A DNA stretch of 64,000 bases, from positions 708-64,707 of the forward strand of contig JBMOMS010000173.1 of assembly GCA_049324895.1 (NCBI GenBank), in the 5' to 3' direction. This DNA is from Chloroflexota bacterium. Lineage in GTDB: Bacteria; Chloroflexota; Anaerolineae; Anaerolineales; Villigracilaceae. Shown here one piece after another: positions 47,201-55,980 of this stretch. Within the stretch, counting starts at the first letter, position 1, and every line of letters begins with the position of its first letter. The translations under genes were made by a program, and so were the position numbers. The notes beneath the pieces are model-generated. The model did no database searches. It had not been told where the DNA came from and worked only from the letters and a program-made list of their open reading frames with translations.

Positions 47201-48567
47201 CCTACCGCGCGGCCGACATCCTGCTGGTCAGTTCCCGCCTGGACCCGCTGCCCAACGTAGGCATCGACGCCATGATGCACGAGCTGCCGCTGGTCTGCTT
47301 CCAGGACACGACGGGCATTGCAGATATCCTGGTTGCCCACGGCCTCGGGGAGGAATGTGTCTCTCCCTATCTGGACACAGCCGACATGGCGGCCAAGGTC
47401 ATGGCCTTTGCCAATTCCCCCGCCTTGCGAAAGCAGGTCGGTGAACAGCTGCATCAAGCCGCCCTGCAAGAATTCGACATGGAAAATTACATGTCGCAGG
47501 TCACTCAAGTCGCCGAAGCGGCCATCGATCAGGCGGCCAGGGAGCAGGCTGATATGACGCAGATCGCAAGCGCCAATGTGGCCCAACTGGAATACTTTTT
47601 ACCCCAACACCTCTCCATGACAGCGGAAGAGGCGGTCGGATATTACGTCCGCATGTGGGCCTGCGGCATCGATCGGCGGAAGCTGTTCCCGGGCTTCCAC
47701 CCGGGCATCTATGCAGAACGACACGGGCTGGACGACCCCCAGGCCGATCCCCTGGCCGATTACCTGCGCGCGGGACAGCCGTCCGGTCCCTGGCGCTATG
47801 ATGTCATCCCCTCGAACGCCGAGGTTCGGGCTTTGCCACCCGAATTCCGCGCGGCGCTTCACCTGCACGTCTTCTATGCGGACCTCCTGCCGGACATTCT
47901 GGAGCGGCTGAACGCAAACCAGGTCCGACCCGACCTGTTCGTCAGTGTTCCCACCGAGGCGCTGCGGGCCGAAGTCCAGGCAGAGTTGGCGCAAAAATAC
48001 CCCGGACGGGTGGTCGACGTCAAAGTGGTTCCCAATCGCGGACGCGACATCGGCCCGTTCCTGACCGCGTTCGGGCAGGAATTCATCGCAAAGTATGACG
48101 TGGTCGGCCATATCCACACCAAGAAAACAGCCGATGTCCAGGGTGAAAGGATGGCCCGCGATTGGTATCGTTTCCTGCTGGAAAACCTGCTGGGCGGAAC
48201 AGTCGCCATGGCCGACATCATTCTTGGACGACTGGCAAGCGACCCCTCCATTGGGATCATCCACCCGGACGATCCCTACGTGGTGGGCTGGGACAAGAAC
48301 AAACCCTACGCCATAGAACTCGGCAGGCGGCTTGGAATATTGGAGTTGCCGGAACATTTTCTGTTCCCGGTGGGAACCATGTTCTGGGCCAGGACTGAGG
48401 CCCTGCTGCCCCTGCTGGAATTGGGCCTGGACTGGCAGGATTATCCCGCAGAGCCTCTCCCCTACGACGGCTCCATGCTGCACGCCATCGAAAGGCTGCT
48501 GCCCTTCGTAACGACCAGCCGGGGATACCGTTCGGCGTTGACGCACGTTCAGGGAGTTACCAGATGA
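44251..48567 (+). CDS. Multidomain glycan synthase: sulfotransferase / about 220-aa coiled coil / 3 short WYL..YPD..HY..G..EGR repeats / GT1(GT4-like) / RgpF-like rhamnan-synthesis domain
   Basis: 1438 aa. Motifs seen: 5'-PSB-like GMHRSGTS, 3'-PB-like VRHPLSVCES, a heptad-rich Q/E/L region at about aa 285-505, a GT1 C-domain (LVSSRLDPLPNVGIDAMMHELPLVC), and RgpF motifs (LHLHVFYADLL, VPNRGRDIGPFL). GAGGAG SD. Confidence 0.85.
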   Translation: MPSFDDANRRIFIVLGMHRSGTSAITRSLRVLGVELGDHLIPPMEGNNPTGFWEDADINRLNIEMLAFLQRDWYFLAPIQAREFEALRENGFFLRAAEILRRKTNGVRSFGLKDPRISILLPFWKEVFAACELQASYILSVRHPLSVCESLAKRDGFDFERGYLLWMKYMIASLVHVVGENCIVVDYDNLMRSPHIELDRMSRSLALEIDPQELATYTNEFLDRSLQHTVYRLSDLEVDTPPLAREIYAESFELANDRASLRDAALADKLTRWSGEFARLQALLKLADKLEMQILAGNQAMLEKDRALNSLYAQMHEKEQYIQGLLSQIEKWDAQAQVFVGQVQSLSAQLHEKEQSTRNLLSQIEKWDAQSQVFAGQVQSLSAQVDERNGQISNLQQAVIERDGQVSRLNQELAQSSQALSARLADREHALQDLSAQLTDKGQNIQSLSTQLLEKEQTVQSLAVQAAELEQKIQALSKQLENKKQAAQTLKAQLTAIQTSRTWRLALFVRKVRTSVAHPGQLLAPLLNSIRKSRSAQKQRNDALLVKNSGLFDPAWYLSQYPDIAQAGLDPLIHYLGAGGLEGRDPGPNFSSALYLQAYPDIQKAKKNPLVHYLNHGKREGRLAHPSLAAANPTAANPQPQNNEPNPRPLDPQTDKDRFDATWYLAFYPDIAAAGVDPYQHYLQHGKSEGRLGYQPDLVLQPGLAGFDPSKENVLVVSHDASRTGAPILSLNIVQNLQQQYNVVSLLLGEGSIAENFLAASAFMVDAGLARGSYLLAEVMIEQLTKTHDLKFAIVNSIESRAVIPALAKRHVPVVHLIHEFAAYTRPKDAFREALFWSHAAIFSASVTHKNAVSEYPELDSQPVHIIPQGLCVIPSAKNDAATETAEEARILGVLRPDGVPAGEIVVLGVGTVSLRKGVDLFIDCASRIVQSAAGRRFRFVWIGSGYDPIQDVGYSVYLYDQIQRAGLQEHLFFMKETSNIKAAYRAADILLVSSRLDPLPNVGIDAMMHELPLVCFQDTTGIADILVAHGLGEECVSPYLDTADMAAKVMAFANSPALRKQVGEQLHQAALQEFDMENYMSQVTQVAEAAIDQAAREQADMTQIASANVAQLEYFLPQHLSMTAEEAVGYYVRMWACGIDRRKLFPGFHPGIYAERHGLDDPQADPLADYLRAGQPSGPWRYDVIPSNAEVRALPPEFRAALHLHVFYADLLPDILERLNANQVRPDLFVSVPTEALRAEVQAELAQKYPGRVVDVKVVPNRGRDIGPFLTAFGQEFIAKYDVVGHIHTKKTADVQGERMARDWYRFLLENLLGGTVAMADIILGRLASDPSIGIIHPDDPYVVGWDKNKPYAIELGRRLGILELPEHFLFPVGTMFWARTEALLPLLELGLDWQDYPAEPLPYDGSMLHAIERLLPFVTTSRGYRSALTHVQGVTR
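45196..45405 (+). repeat. In-frame tandem duplication of 105 bp (35 aa = 5 heptads) inside the coiled coil
   Basis: Units at 45196-45300 and 45301-45405 are about 80% identical, estimated by eye (HEKEQ..LLSQIEKWDAQ.QVF.GQVQSLSAQ). Confidence 0.85.
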
Positions 48568-48628
48568 ATATGAACAGAATGCTCCGCGGCAAGCGCCGCC
48601 CCATCCCCTTTTATAAGGACAAGTCACG

Positions 48629-49552
48629 ATGAATTGTGTGGTCATGGGAGGTGGTGGTTTCATTGGATCCCATTTATGCGAAGCGCTGCTGGCAGAAGGA
48701 CATGGCGTCAGGGCTTTCGACAGGCGGGAGGCTCGTTTTCTCCACGAAGTCGAACGCGCAGGGGCTGAAATCCAGGCCGGTGATTTTTTGAACCAGGCAG
48801 ACGTAAAAATTGCCCTGGCCGATGCGGACGTTGTTTATCATCTCATATCTGCAACCGTCCCCCAAACATCGAATGAAAGCCCCCTGAATGACGTGGAAAC
48901 CAATATCATGGGCACTTTGCGGCTGCTGGACGCCGCCAGGGATGCGCGGGTGAAGAAGGTCGTATATGCCTCATCCGGCGGAACGGTGTATGGAATTCCA
49001 CAGGAAATTCCCATCAAAGAAAGCCATCCCACCGACCCAACGAGTTCATACGGGATCTCAAAGCTCGCAACCGAAAAATACCTGCACCTCTACTCGATCC
49101 TGCACGGCCTGGACTACTGCATCCTGCGGGTTTCGAACGCGTATGGGGAAAGGCAGCCTGTCACGGGAACACAGGGAGTCATTGGAACATTTTTGGAGCG
49201 TGCCATCCAGGATGACGAAATTCCCGTCCTGGGCGACGGCCATATCATGCGCGATTACATCCATGTCGGTGATATTGCCGCCGCCTTTGCCAAGGCCGGG
49301 AAATATACCGGTGAATCCCGCATTTTCAACATCGGCACGGGGCAGGGACATAGCGTCAATGACATCATCGAGCTTATCGAACACATCACCCGACGGCCCC
49401 TCAAAGTAAAATACCTGCCCAACCGCGTCTTCGATGTGCCCTTCAACATTTTGGATATATCCCACGCCAAAATGTACCTGGACTGGCAGCCAAAGGTAAG
49501 CATCTTCGAGGGAATTTCACGGACTTACGAATGGATGCTGTCTCGCTCATAA
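48629..49552 (+). CDS. NAD-dependent sugar epimerase/dehydratase (SDR family)
   Basis: 307 aa. GGGGFIGSH Rossmann motif and catalytic YGISK. Confidence 0.88.
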   Translation: MNCVVMGGGGFIGSHLCEALLAEGHGVRAFDRREARFLHEVERAGAEIQAGDFLNQADVKIALADADVVYHLISATVPQTSNESPLNDVETNIMGTLRLLDAARDARVKKVVYASSGGTVYGIPQEIPIKESHPTDPTSSYGISKLATEKYLHLYSILHGLDYCILRVSNAYGERQPVTGTQGVIGTFLERAIQDDEIPVLGDGHIMRDYIHVGDIAAAFAKAGKYTGESRIFNIGTGQGHSVNDIIELIEHITRRPLKVKYLPNRVFDVPFNILDISHAKMYLDWQPKVSIFEGISRTYEWMLSRS

Positions 49553-49621
49553 GCGCAAGTCGTGCATGAGATCACTTCCACGCCCAAGCGGATGGAAAGG
49601 ACGATCAGTAAGGAGTTCCAA

Positions 49622-50185
49622 ATGTTGACGTTCCTTCGCAAGAACTGGATTCACCTGGCGGCCTGGACCGGGATGTTGTTCTACCTTGCGTTTGCCAACG
49701 ACCTGTACGTTCACTTCTTCCTCAAATACGGGAAGCCGGTCCTGGTCAATTCACAATTGCCCGCCGAAAGCGATCAAATCAAGGGGCATGTCGATCTTTT
49801 CGAACCTATTGTTTATGAGGGCCAAAAAATGTATTCGCTTGTGGGATGGGCATTTTCAATAGCAGATTCAACAATCCGTCCCGAAGACTATGACCGCCAG
49901 CTTGTTTTGATATCTGCCACAAATAATTATCACTTTCCCATGGAGGCCTACTCACGGCCTGATGTCCATGCAGCCTTCCAGTCCCTTGGAATGGAACTGA
50001 CCATGTCCGGCTACCATGCCAATGTTTCTCAAGAAGCCATAGCCCCTGGCATTTACCAGGTCGGTTTTGTGTTTCATAATATCCAGGATGGATCGATTTA
50101 TCATTCCCGTATAAATAAATACCTGATCTGCACCCCCAATCGCCTTCAGATCAGTGATACGCCTGCGCTCCCAGCGGGAGAATAA
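49622..50185 (+). CDS. Hypothetical membrane-anchored protein
   Basis: 187 aa. The start is set at the ATG at 49622, after AAGGAG. One N-terminal TM helix. The region is lower in GC. Confidence 0.6.
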   Translation: MLTFLRKNWIHLAAWTGMLFYLAFANDLYVHFFLKYGKPVLVNSQLPAESDQIKGHVDLFEPIVYEGQKMYSLVGWAFSIADSTIRPEDYDRQLVLISATNNYHFPMEAYSRPDVHAAFQSLGMELTMSGYHANVSQEAIAPGIYQVGFVFHNIQDGSIYHSRINKYLICTPNRLQISDTPALPAGE

Positions 50186-50212
50186 GATAGCCTCCCTCGA
50201 ATCCGTATAGAG

Positions 50213-51697
50213 ATGAAAATGTCAAAATCAACCAGGCCCCAAGCATTGAATATCCTAAAAGCCGCGATCCTGCCAATTTTAATGGCTGTATTTCCAGCAA
50301 TCTTTTTATATGGAAACAACGTCACATTACTATTACTGCCCACCTTGGGAAGAACCATCCTTCTGTACACCGTCCTGGCGCTGTTTTTCTTTGGCATAAC
50401 CCACCTCATTTTTGGAGGTCAAACCGTCAAAGCCGCCAATGCAGCATTTATTTACTTGATCTTCTTTAACACCTATGGAATGGGTTTTGAGTTTTTGGTC
50501 GCGAAAGACTGGTTTCGGGTCGATCACTTCACGCTGCTTCCATTTTTCCTGTTTCTTGCCATGTATGGAATTTGGGCCGTTTCCAGGGTCAATGCTGTCG
50601 CCTTTTGGAAAGGCGCAGTGATTGTAACGGGATTGCTGGTGGCTTTTAATGTGATGAAGATCATCCCCGCCGAAATCGAAAAACACGCGGTTCAACGCAA
50701 GCAGGAAGCCCCGTCCTCTACGAACGCGGAAGTTGGCACGGAATATCCCGACATCTATTACATAATTTTCGATGAGTTTGCGGGCTTCGACGTGATGCGT
50801 TCCTATTGGAACTATCAGGGAGTCGATGACTTTGTGGATTTTGCAAAATCAAATGGATTCCTGGTGGCGGAAAACAGCAGAAGCAGTTCGTCCATGACGC
50901 TTCACCAGCTCAGCGAGCGGTTGAATTATGAAGAATTTCCAAGCGATGAGAAATATTTCAACATGTACTACGCCGCAATCAGAAACAACAAAGTGATGAG
51001 TTATCTGAAATCGAAAGGTTACATGACCCTGGCATTTGAAGAAACCGGTTACTTCGTAGAGGCCCTGCCGCGCATCGAAGCGGATTACGTTTATGAATAC
51101 AGCGCCAGCAGTTCAATGGATATCGGATTGTTGTTCGATGACTTTGGCTCTCATGTTGCAGACAATACCATGCTAAGAATTTTTTCCAATTCCTATCGAA
51201 CGATTGACCCCACCATGAACCAGCATCGGGATTGGATTTTGTTTACAACGGCAAAAATGGGGGATTTGGACGATGTTCCATCCCCAAAATTTGTTTACGT
51301 CCACCTGTTGCTTCCGCACATGCCCTTCATGTTCGATGAAAACGGCAAGGTCCTGGACCAAAGCCTTTACTATAACTGGCAATATTACCTCGGCAACTAT
51401 AAATATTCGATCAAAGTGGCGGAAAGGATGATCCAAAATATCCGATCCAATTCAGATCCCCATAACCCGCCCATCATTATCATTCAATCGGATCATGGAG
51501 CGCGAAATATCGAGGTTTGGCAGCCGGGCAATCAACTGCTCCGGGATTATCCCGAGGAATACAGTTACCACATTCTTAACATGATGCATGCCCCCGGTCT
51601 CGACCCTGCCCAGTTCCCACAGGACATGAATCCAATCAATACCTTTCCGATCGTCTTCAACCACCTATTCGACGATCACATTCCCCTGCACAAATGA
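50213..51697 (+). CDS. Membrane-bound sulfatase/alkaline-phosphatase-superfamily transferase (LTA-synthase / phospho-substituent transferase-like)
   Basis: 494 aa. About 5 TM helices at the N-terminus, then IIFDEFAG and IIIQSDHG motifs typical of the superfamily. Confidence 0.7.
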   Translation: MKMSKSTRPQALNILKAAILPILMAVFPAIFLYGNNVTLLLLPTLGRTILLYTVLALFFFGITHLIFGGQTVKAANAAFIYLIFFNTYGMGFEFLVAKDWFRVDHFTLLPFFLFLAMYGIWAVSRVNAVAFWKGAVIVTGLLVAFNVMKIIPAEIEKHAVQRKQEAPSSTNAEVGTEYPDIYYIIFDEFAGFDVMRSYWNYQGVDDFVDFAKSNGFLVAENSRSSSSMTLHQLSERLNYEEFPSDEKYFNMYYAAIRNNKVMSYLKSKGYMTLAFEETGYFVEALPRIEADYVYEYSASSSMDIGLLFDDFGSHVADNTMLRIFSNSYRTIDPTMNQHRDWILFTTAKMGDLDDVPSPKFVYVHLLLPHMPFMFDENGKVLDQSLYYNWQYYLGNYKYSIKVAERMIQNIRSNSDPHNPPIIIIQSDHGARNIEVWQPGNQLLRDYPEEYSYHILNMMHAPGLDPAQFPQDMNPINTFPIVFNHLFDDHIPLHK

Positions 51698-51798
51698 CCG
51701 CCCCTCGCGCATGGAGCTTGTCGGGCGGGGCCGAAGCGCGCATCAGTGATAAAATCAAAGCATCGTAATTGGCCCACATTTTTCACAAAGGAGCAGTC

Positions 51799-52200
51799 AT
51801 GAAAATCGAAGACATCGAAGGAATTGGTTCGGCCTACGCCTCGAAATTTCACGGCGCGAACGTGCAGACCACGGACGATTTGTTGAAGCAGGGCGGCACC
51901 TCCAAAGGCCGCGCGGACCTGGCCGCCGCCACGGGCCTGAGCGAGAAGCAGATCCTCGAATGGGTCAACCGCGCAGACCTGTACCGCGTCAACGGCATTG
52001 GCTCCGAATACGCCGACCTGCTCGAAGCCGCGGGCGTGGATACGGTGCCCGAACTGGCCCAACGCAGCGCGGAAAACCTCGCAGCGAAGCTCAAGGAAGT
52101 CAACGACGAGAAGCAAAAGGTGCGCGCCCTGCCCGGCGCCGGCCAGGTGGCCGAGTGGATCGAGCAGGCCAAGTCCCTGCCGAGGGCGGTCGAGTATTAA
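51799..52200 (+). CDS. DUF4332 (helix-hairpin-helix) domain protein
   Basis: 133 aa (IEDIEGIGSAYA, VNGIGSEYADLLEAAGV). The start is set at the ATG at 51799, after AAGGAG. Confidence 0.75.
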   Translation: MKIEDIEGIGSAYASKFHGANVQTTDDLLKQGGTSKGRADLAAATGLSEKQILEWVNRADLYRVNGIGSEYADLLEAAGVDTVPELAQRSAENLAAKLKEVNDEKQKVRALPGAGQVAEWIEQAKSLPRAVEY

Positions 52201-52247
52201 AGCAAACGCGCTGGTCACCCGGCCGGCGCATCATCGATTGGGTTTTG

Positions 52248-52277
52248 AAATGCGGCGGCTGCGAGGCTGCCGCATTT
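52248..52277. terminator. Bidirectional hairpin terminator
   Basis: AAATGCGGC...GCCGCATTT with a T-run, between convergent genes. Confidence 0.65.
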
Positions 52278-52278
52278 T

Positions 52279-54297
52279 CTAATCCAAATACGCGGGCGTC
52301 ACCAGGGTGGTCAGCGAGTAGCAAACCAGCAGGAACAAAATAAATTGCAGCGGCCACAACCTGTCGCTGAAAATTTCAGCGTAGGTCTCGCGCCGCGTAG
52401 TGGCCAGCAGGAGGTAGAAGCCCACATACAACGGCAGGAAATACCGCCACTCCACGGCCATGGCCACGAAGGGCAGGATGGGCAGGGCCAAAAGCGCATA
52501 CCAGAAAAGGACTTGCAGGGACATGCCCTGCCTGCGGTGAACGAACCGGGACAGGCCCCGCCAGAAGACGAGGAACACCAGGAACAACACCCCGTAGTTG
52601 AAGAAACTGAAAAGCGCCGCGGGCAGCCCCGCATCCCAATGCACGGGGTATGGCTCGAAGGATTGGTTGTTCAATCCCGTGAACAGCTTCAAAAAGGTAT
52701 CGACCGTGAATTCGAGCGGATAACGGCGCGCCAGGTCGAGATACAGGGGAACGTTCATGCCGCCCTGCTGGTGCAGCATCTCCCCGGCCGCCTGGAAGTC
52801 GTGCAGGGCCACGGGGTCCAGTCCGAAATAACGGTACAGGGTGGACATGCCGACGCGGTTGGGAAATGGGTAGGGCCAGATCTGGGTCTTCAAACGCCCA
52901 ATGGCCAGGCCGTATTCCAGCACGGTGTCGTGCGTTTCCAGGTTCGACTCGAACCAGTTTTTATCCGAGAACGGAAACAGGGAGACCTTGTGATATTTCT
53001 GCCAGTTGAGTTGGACCTGCGGCAGGGATACAACCAGGAGCCCGACCGCCGTAAGAACTGTGACCTGGGTAAAGCGGCGCAGCAAAGAGGCCCATCCCAG
53101 CCCGGCGCTTTGCCGCTCCCGGTTCAGCAGGTGCAGGGCCAGGAACAACAGGATCGCCAAATCCAGTTCGTAGTTGGCGCGCAGGTTGATGGCAATACCC
53201 GTCAAGATTCCACCGACGGGCAGCGCGGCCCAACGCCGCCGCTCGATGCCATCCACCAGCAGCACCAGCCCGCCCAGCAGCGCACCCAGGGACAAGAGGT
53301 CGGTCAACAACCAGGTGAACCAGCCCAGCCAGAAGAAACCCGTCAGCGCAAAGACGGCCAGCGTCTCGTACGGACGGGCGGCCCTTCCCGTCAGCCAATG
53401 GATGAGTTTGGGAATGACCCAAATGAACAAGGCGGCGTAGACCGCGGCCAGCAGCAGGACATATACCAGCGCCGCCTCCAGCCCGAGCCGCCCTCCCAGC
53501 CATTGCGGGAGAAATGCAATCAGCGACATGAGATAACCGCGGAAGCTGTACAACGTGTCGACGTTGCCCAGCGCAAAGACCCCATCCCTGACGAAGGTCG
53601 GGGCGCTTTCCCAGTAACTCAGGCTGTCCCCAAAGAAGAACAGGCGCTGCGTCATGAACAGGTTGTTCAGGAGCAGGGTCAGGCCGATGATCGCAAAAGA
53701 CAGGGGGGCGTGGGACGGATCGGTCCAGACCTGAAGCGCATCCTTCCACTTCCAGCCTTTCAAACCCATCGCCATACCCGTGGACAGGCCAACCAACAGG
53801 ACCAGCGAGACCAGGAACAAGTCCCAGGCGCGTTTGGTGCCCGAGACCGTGGAGTGGGTCGCGGTGTAGCGCCCGCCCGCCTGCAAATCCAGTTCGGAGG
53901 CGCGGCCGGTTTCCAGGTCGGTGATGCGGACCTGGCCCGCCCCGGGGTCGGTGATGAAGACGAACTGTGTGCTGCCCGCGATGGGAATCTGGACCTGAAG
54001 CGAATCCCCGGCCCGGGCCGAGGTCAACGCCTGGAGTTCGGAACCAGGCATCGGTCCAAGCGTCCAGCCTTGGGCGGCGAAATCCGCCAGGGGGAGCGTC
54101 CGATAATTCTGCCGGATGTATCCCAGGTACACCGTCGAGTTCGCCTGCCCCGAGACATTCTCAATTCGAATCGTCTTGTGCGCATTGGACTCGCGCAGGG
54201 CGGCGGGGATGTCGAACCAGGCCGAGAGGGCCAAGGCGCCGACCAACAGCGCCAGCGCATAGAGCAAAACTTGCCAGGAATTCGGGAAGGGCTTCAT
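52279..54297 (-). CDS. Large polytopic membrane protein, putative GT-C-fold glycosyltransferase/oligosaccharyltransferase
   Basis: 672 aa. One TM helix, an about 150-aa extracytoplasmic domain, and about 12 further TM helices. FFFGDSLSYWE loop motif. ATGA coupling to the upstream GT. Confidence 0.55.
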   Translation of the reverse strand: MKPFPNSWQVLLYALALLVGALALSAWFDIPAALRESNAHKTIRIENVSGQANSTVYLGYIRQNYRTLPLADFAAQGWTLGPMPGSELQALTSARAGDSLQVQIPIAGSTQFVFITDPGAGQVRITDLETGRASELDLQAGGRYTATHSTVSGTKRAWDLFLVSLVLLVGLSTGMAMGLKGWKWKDALQVWTDPSHAPLSFAIIGLTLLLNNLFMTQRLFFFGDSLSYWESAPTFVRDGVFALGNVDTLYSFRGYLMSLIAFLPQWLGGRLGLEAALVYVLLLAAVYAALFIWVIPKLIHWLTGRAARPYETLAVFALTGFFWLGWFTWLLTDLLSLGALLGGLVLLVDGIERRRWAALPVGGILTGIAINLRANYELDLAILLFLALHLLNRERQSAGLGWASLLRRFTQVTVLTAVGLLVVSLPQVQLNWQKYHKVSLFPFSDKNWFESNLETHDTVLEYGLAIGRLKTQIWPYPFPNRVGMSTLYRYFGLDPVALHDFQAAGEMLHQQGGMNVPLYLDLARRYPLEFTVDTFLKLFTGLNNQSFEPYPVHWDAGLPAALFSFFNYGVLFLVFLVFWRGLSRFVHRRQGMSLQVLFWYALLALPILPFVAMAVEWRYFLPLYVGFYLLLATTRRETYAEIFSDRLWPLQFILFLLVCYSLTTLVTPAYLD

Positions 54298-55364
54298 GGC
54301 AGCGGCTTCCCCTCCCAGCCCCTCACGCGGACGATGGGCGCCAGGATGCGCGGCCAGGCCTGCTTCCAGGTGTAACGGGCCAGCACTTTGGCGCGCCCCG
54401 CCTGGCGGATGGCCTCAGCCTCGTCGGGGTGGTCGAGGTGGTAGCGAATCTTGGCCAGCATTTCCTCCACACCGTTGAAGGTGATGATTTCCTTCTGCAC
54501 ATCGAAATACTGGCGCAGCTCGGGGAAGTCCTCGGTGGCCAGCAGCGCCCCTGCGGCGAGGAAATCGAAGATGCCCACCTTGATCGTCTGCCGCCCCGAG
54601 GGCGTGCGCGAAAAGAGGATGGTGATCCTGGCGCTGTTCAACGCCTTGAGAGTCTCCCCGCCATAGACCAGCCCGCGATTTTGGATGCCATGCTTCTCCC
54701 AGTTCTCGCCGTGGATGTGGGTGTCGAAATGCTCCACCAGCGCCCTGACCGGCTGGATGCGGTCCTGGTGCGCCGCGCCCAGGTGCAGCACCTCGCAGGC
54801 GTATTCGGGCGCGGGCGGCACGGGATGGAAGAAACCGTCGTTGGTGGCGATGGGCATCTGGTAGGCGGGCACGCCGCCCTGACGGTAGGCCTCGGCGGTC
54901 GCCGCATCGTTGGTGTACATCGCATCGAAGTTCTTGAAAATTTTGCGGGTGGTCGGCTGATACACGTCAGGATCGCTCAAGGCAATGCCGAGCAGCTGGA
55001 TCCCCCAACCGCGCAGCGTGGCCGCATCCTGCGGGCGGAAGCTCAGCCCGCCCGCGTTGCAGATGATGAGGTGCGGGCGAAATTTCAGGATGGGCGGAAA
55101 GAGTTTTTCGCGCACCAGCCAGACGGGTCCCGACGTGCCGCGGTCGTATGGGATGCCGTCCGTCTCCAGCGCCTCGGGATGATCGTCGGTGTTGAAGGCC
55201 TGGACGGTCACACCCGCGGCTTTAAGTCCGCCCAGCATTTGGGCCACCATGTCATTCGAGCCGCGCCAGTAACCGCCGATGTAAAACACTCGCAGTTCGG
55301 CGGGTGAAGGCGGGCGGAGGCGCTGCAGGAGTTTGTTTTGAAGTTGAAGACGGATGGCGGTCAT
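54294..55364 (-). CDS. CgeB-like glycosyltransferase (DUF3880 + GT1-like C-domain)
   Basis: 356 aa with a C-terminal pattern typical of CgeB-family proteins (FDFLAAGALLATED...AGRAKVLARYTW). Confidence 0.65.
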   Translation of the reverse strand: MTAIRLQLQNKLLQRLRPPSPAELRVFYIGGYWRGSNDMVAQMLGGLKAAGVTVQAFNTDDHPEALETDGIPYDRGTSGPVWLVREKLFPPILKFRPHLIICNAGGLSFRPQDAATLRGWGIQLLGIALSDPDVYQPTTRKIFKNFDAMYTNDAATAEAYRQGGVPAYQMPIATNDGFFHPVPPAPEYACEVLHLGAAHQDRIQPVRALVEHFDTHIHGENWEKHGIQNRGLVYGGETLKALNSARITILFSRTPSGRQTIKVGIFDFLAAGALLATEDFPELRQYFDVQKEIITFNGVEEMLAKIRYHLDHPDEAEAIRQAGRAKVLARYTWKQAWPRILAPIVRVRGWEGKPLP

Positions 55365-55376
55365 GGTTTTGGGTAC

Positions 55377-55473
55377 AGACCTGTCAGGTCTCTTTGAAAG
55401 TATCGCGCAAAAGACGGCGTGCGGGGATCAGGGTCATGACTGGTCATGGATTCGCGGAGACCTGACAGGTCTC
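55377..55473. repeat. Pair of AGACCTGTCAGGTCT-type palindromes flanking an about 65-nt spacer
   Basis: Units at 55377-55391 and 55457-55473, lying between the GNAT stop and the GT start. Confidence 0.75.
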
Positions 55474-55980
55474 TTATCTTCGAATGCTCATCTTCAGCGA
55501 GCCATCCTCTTCGCCGTCGACCGAGAAGCCGCAGGCTTGATACAGGCGAATGGCGCGCTGGTTGTGCGCAAAGACGGACAAATAGACTTCATCCAGGCCC
55601 AGCGTCTCGAAGGCAAAGCGCAGGATCAGGCGCGTGGCCTCGCGGGCCAGGCCCTTTCCACCGGCGGCAGGCTCGCCGATCATCACGCGGCCATACTCCC
55701 CGCGGCGCCGCTCGAAGTCGATGTCGTACAGCGAGATCTGCCCCACAGGCATCCCCAGGGACTTCGACTCGATCACGAAGATGAAGTCGTTATCGCGCGG
55801 CATGTAGGAATTCATGACCCAGTTGCGATGCTGCTCGAAGGTCAACACGCTGCTGGTGTAAAACCACCTGCGGATTTCGTCCTGGTTCCGCCACCCGAGC
55901 GTCATCTCCAGGTCGGCCTCTTCCAGCAAGCGCAGGCGCACAGCCTCGCTTTCGATGGGCTGGACGGGGCGTTTGGTCAT
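55474..55980 (-). CDS. GNAT-family N-acetyltransferase (sugar N-acetyltransferase by context)
   Basis: 168 aa. The start is at the ATG at 55980, overlapping the aminotransferase stop as ATGA. The longer ORF-track N-terminus was rejected. Confidence 0.8.
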   Translation of the reverse strand: MTKRPVQPIESEAVRLRLLEEADLEMTLGWRNQDEIRRWFYTSSVLTFEQHRNWVMNSYMPRDNDFIFVIESKSLGMPVGQISLYDIDFERRRGEYGRVMIGEPAAGGKGLAREATRLILRFAFETLGLDEVYLSVFAHNQRAIRLYQACGFSVDGEEDGSLKMSIRR

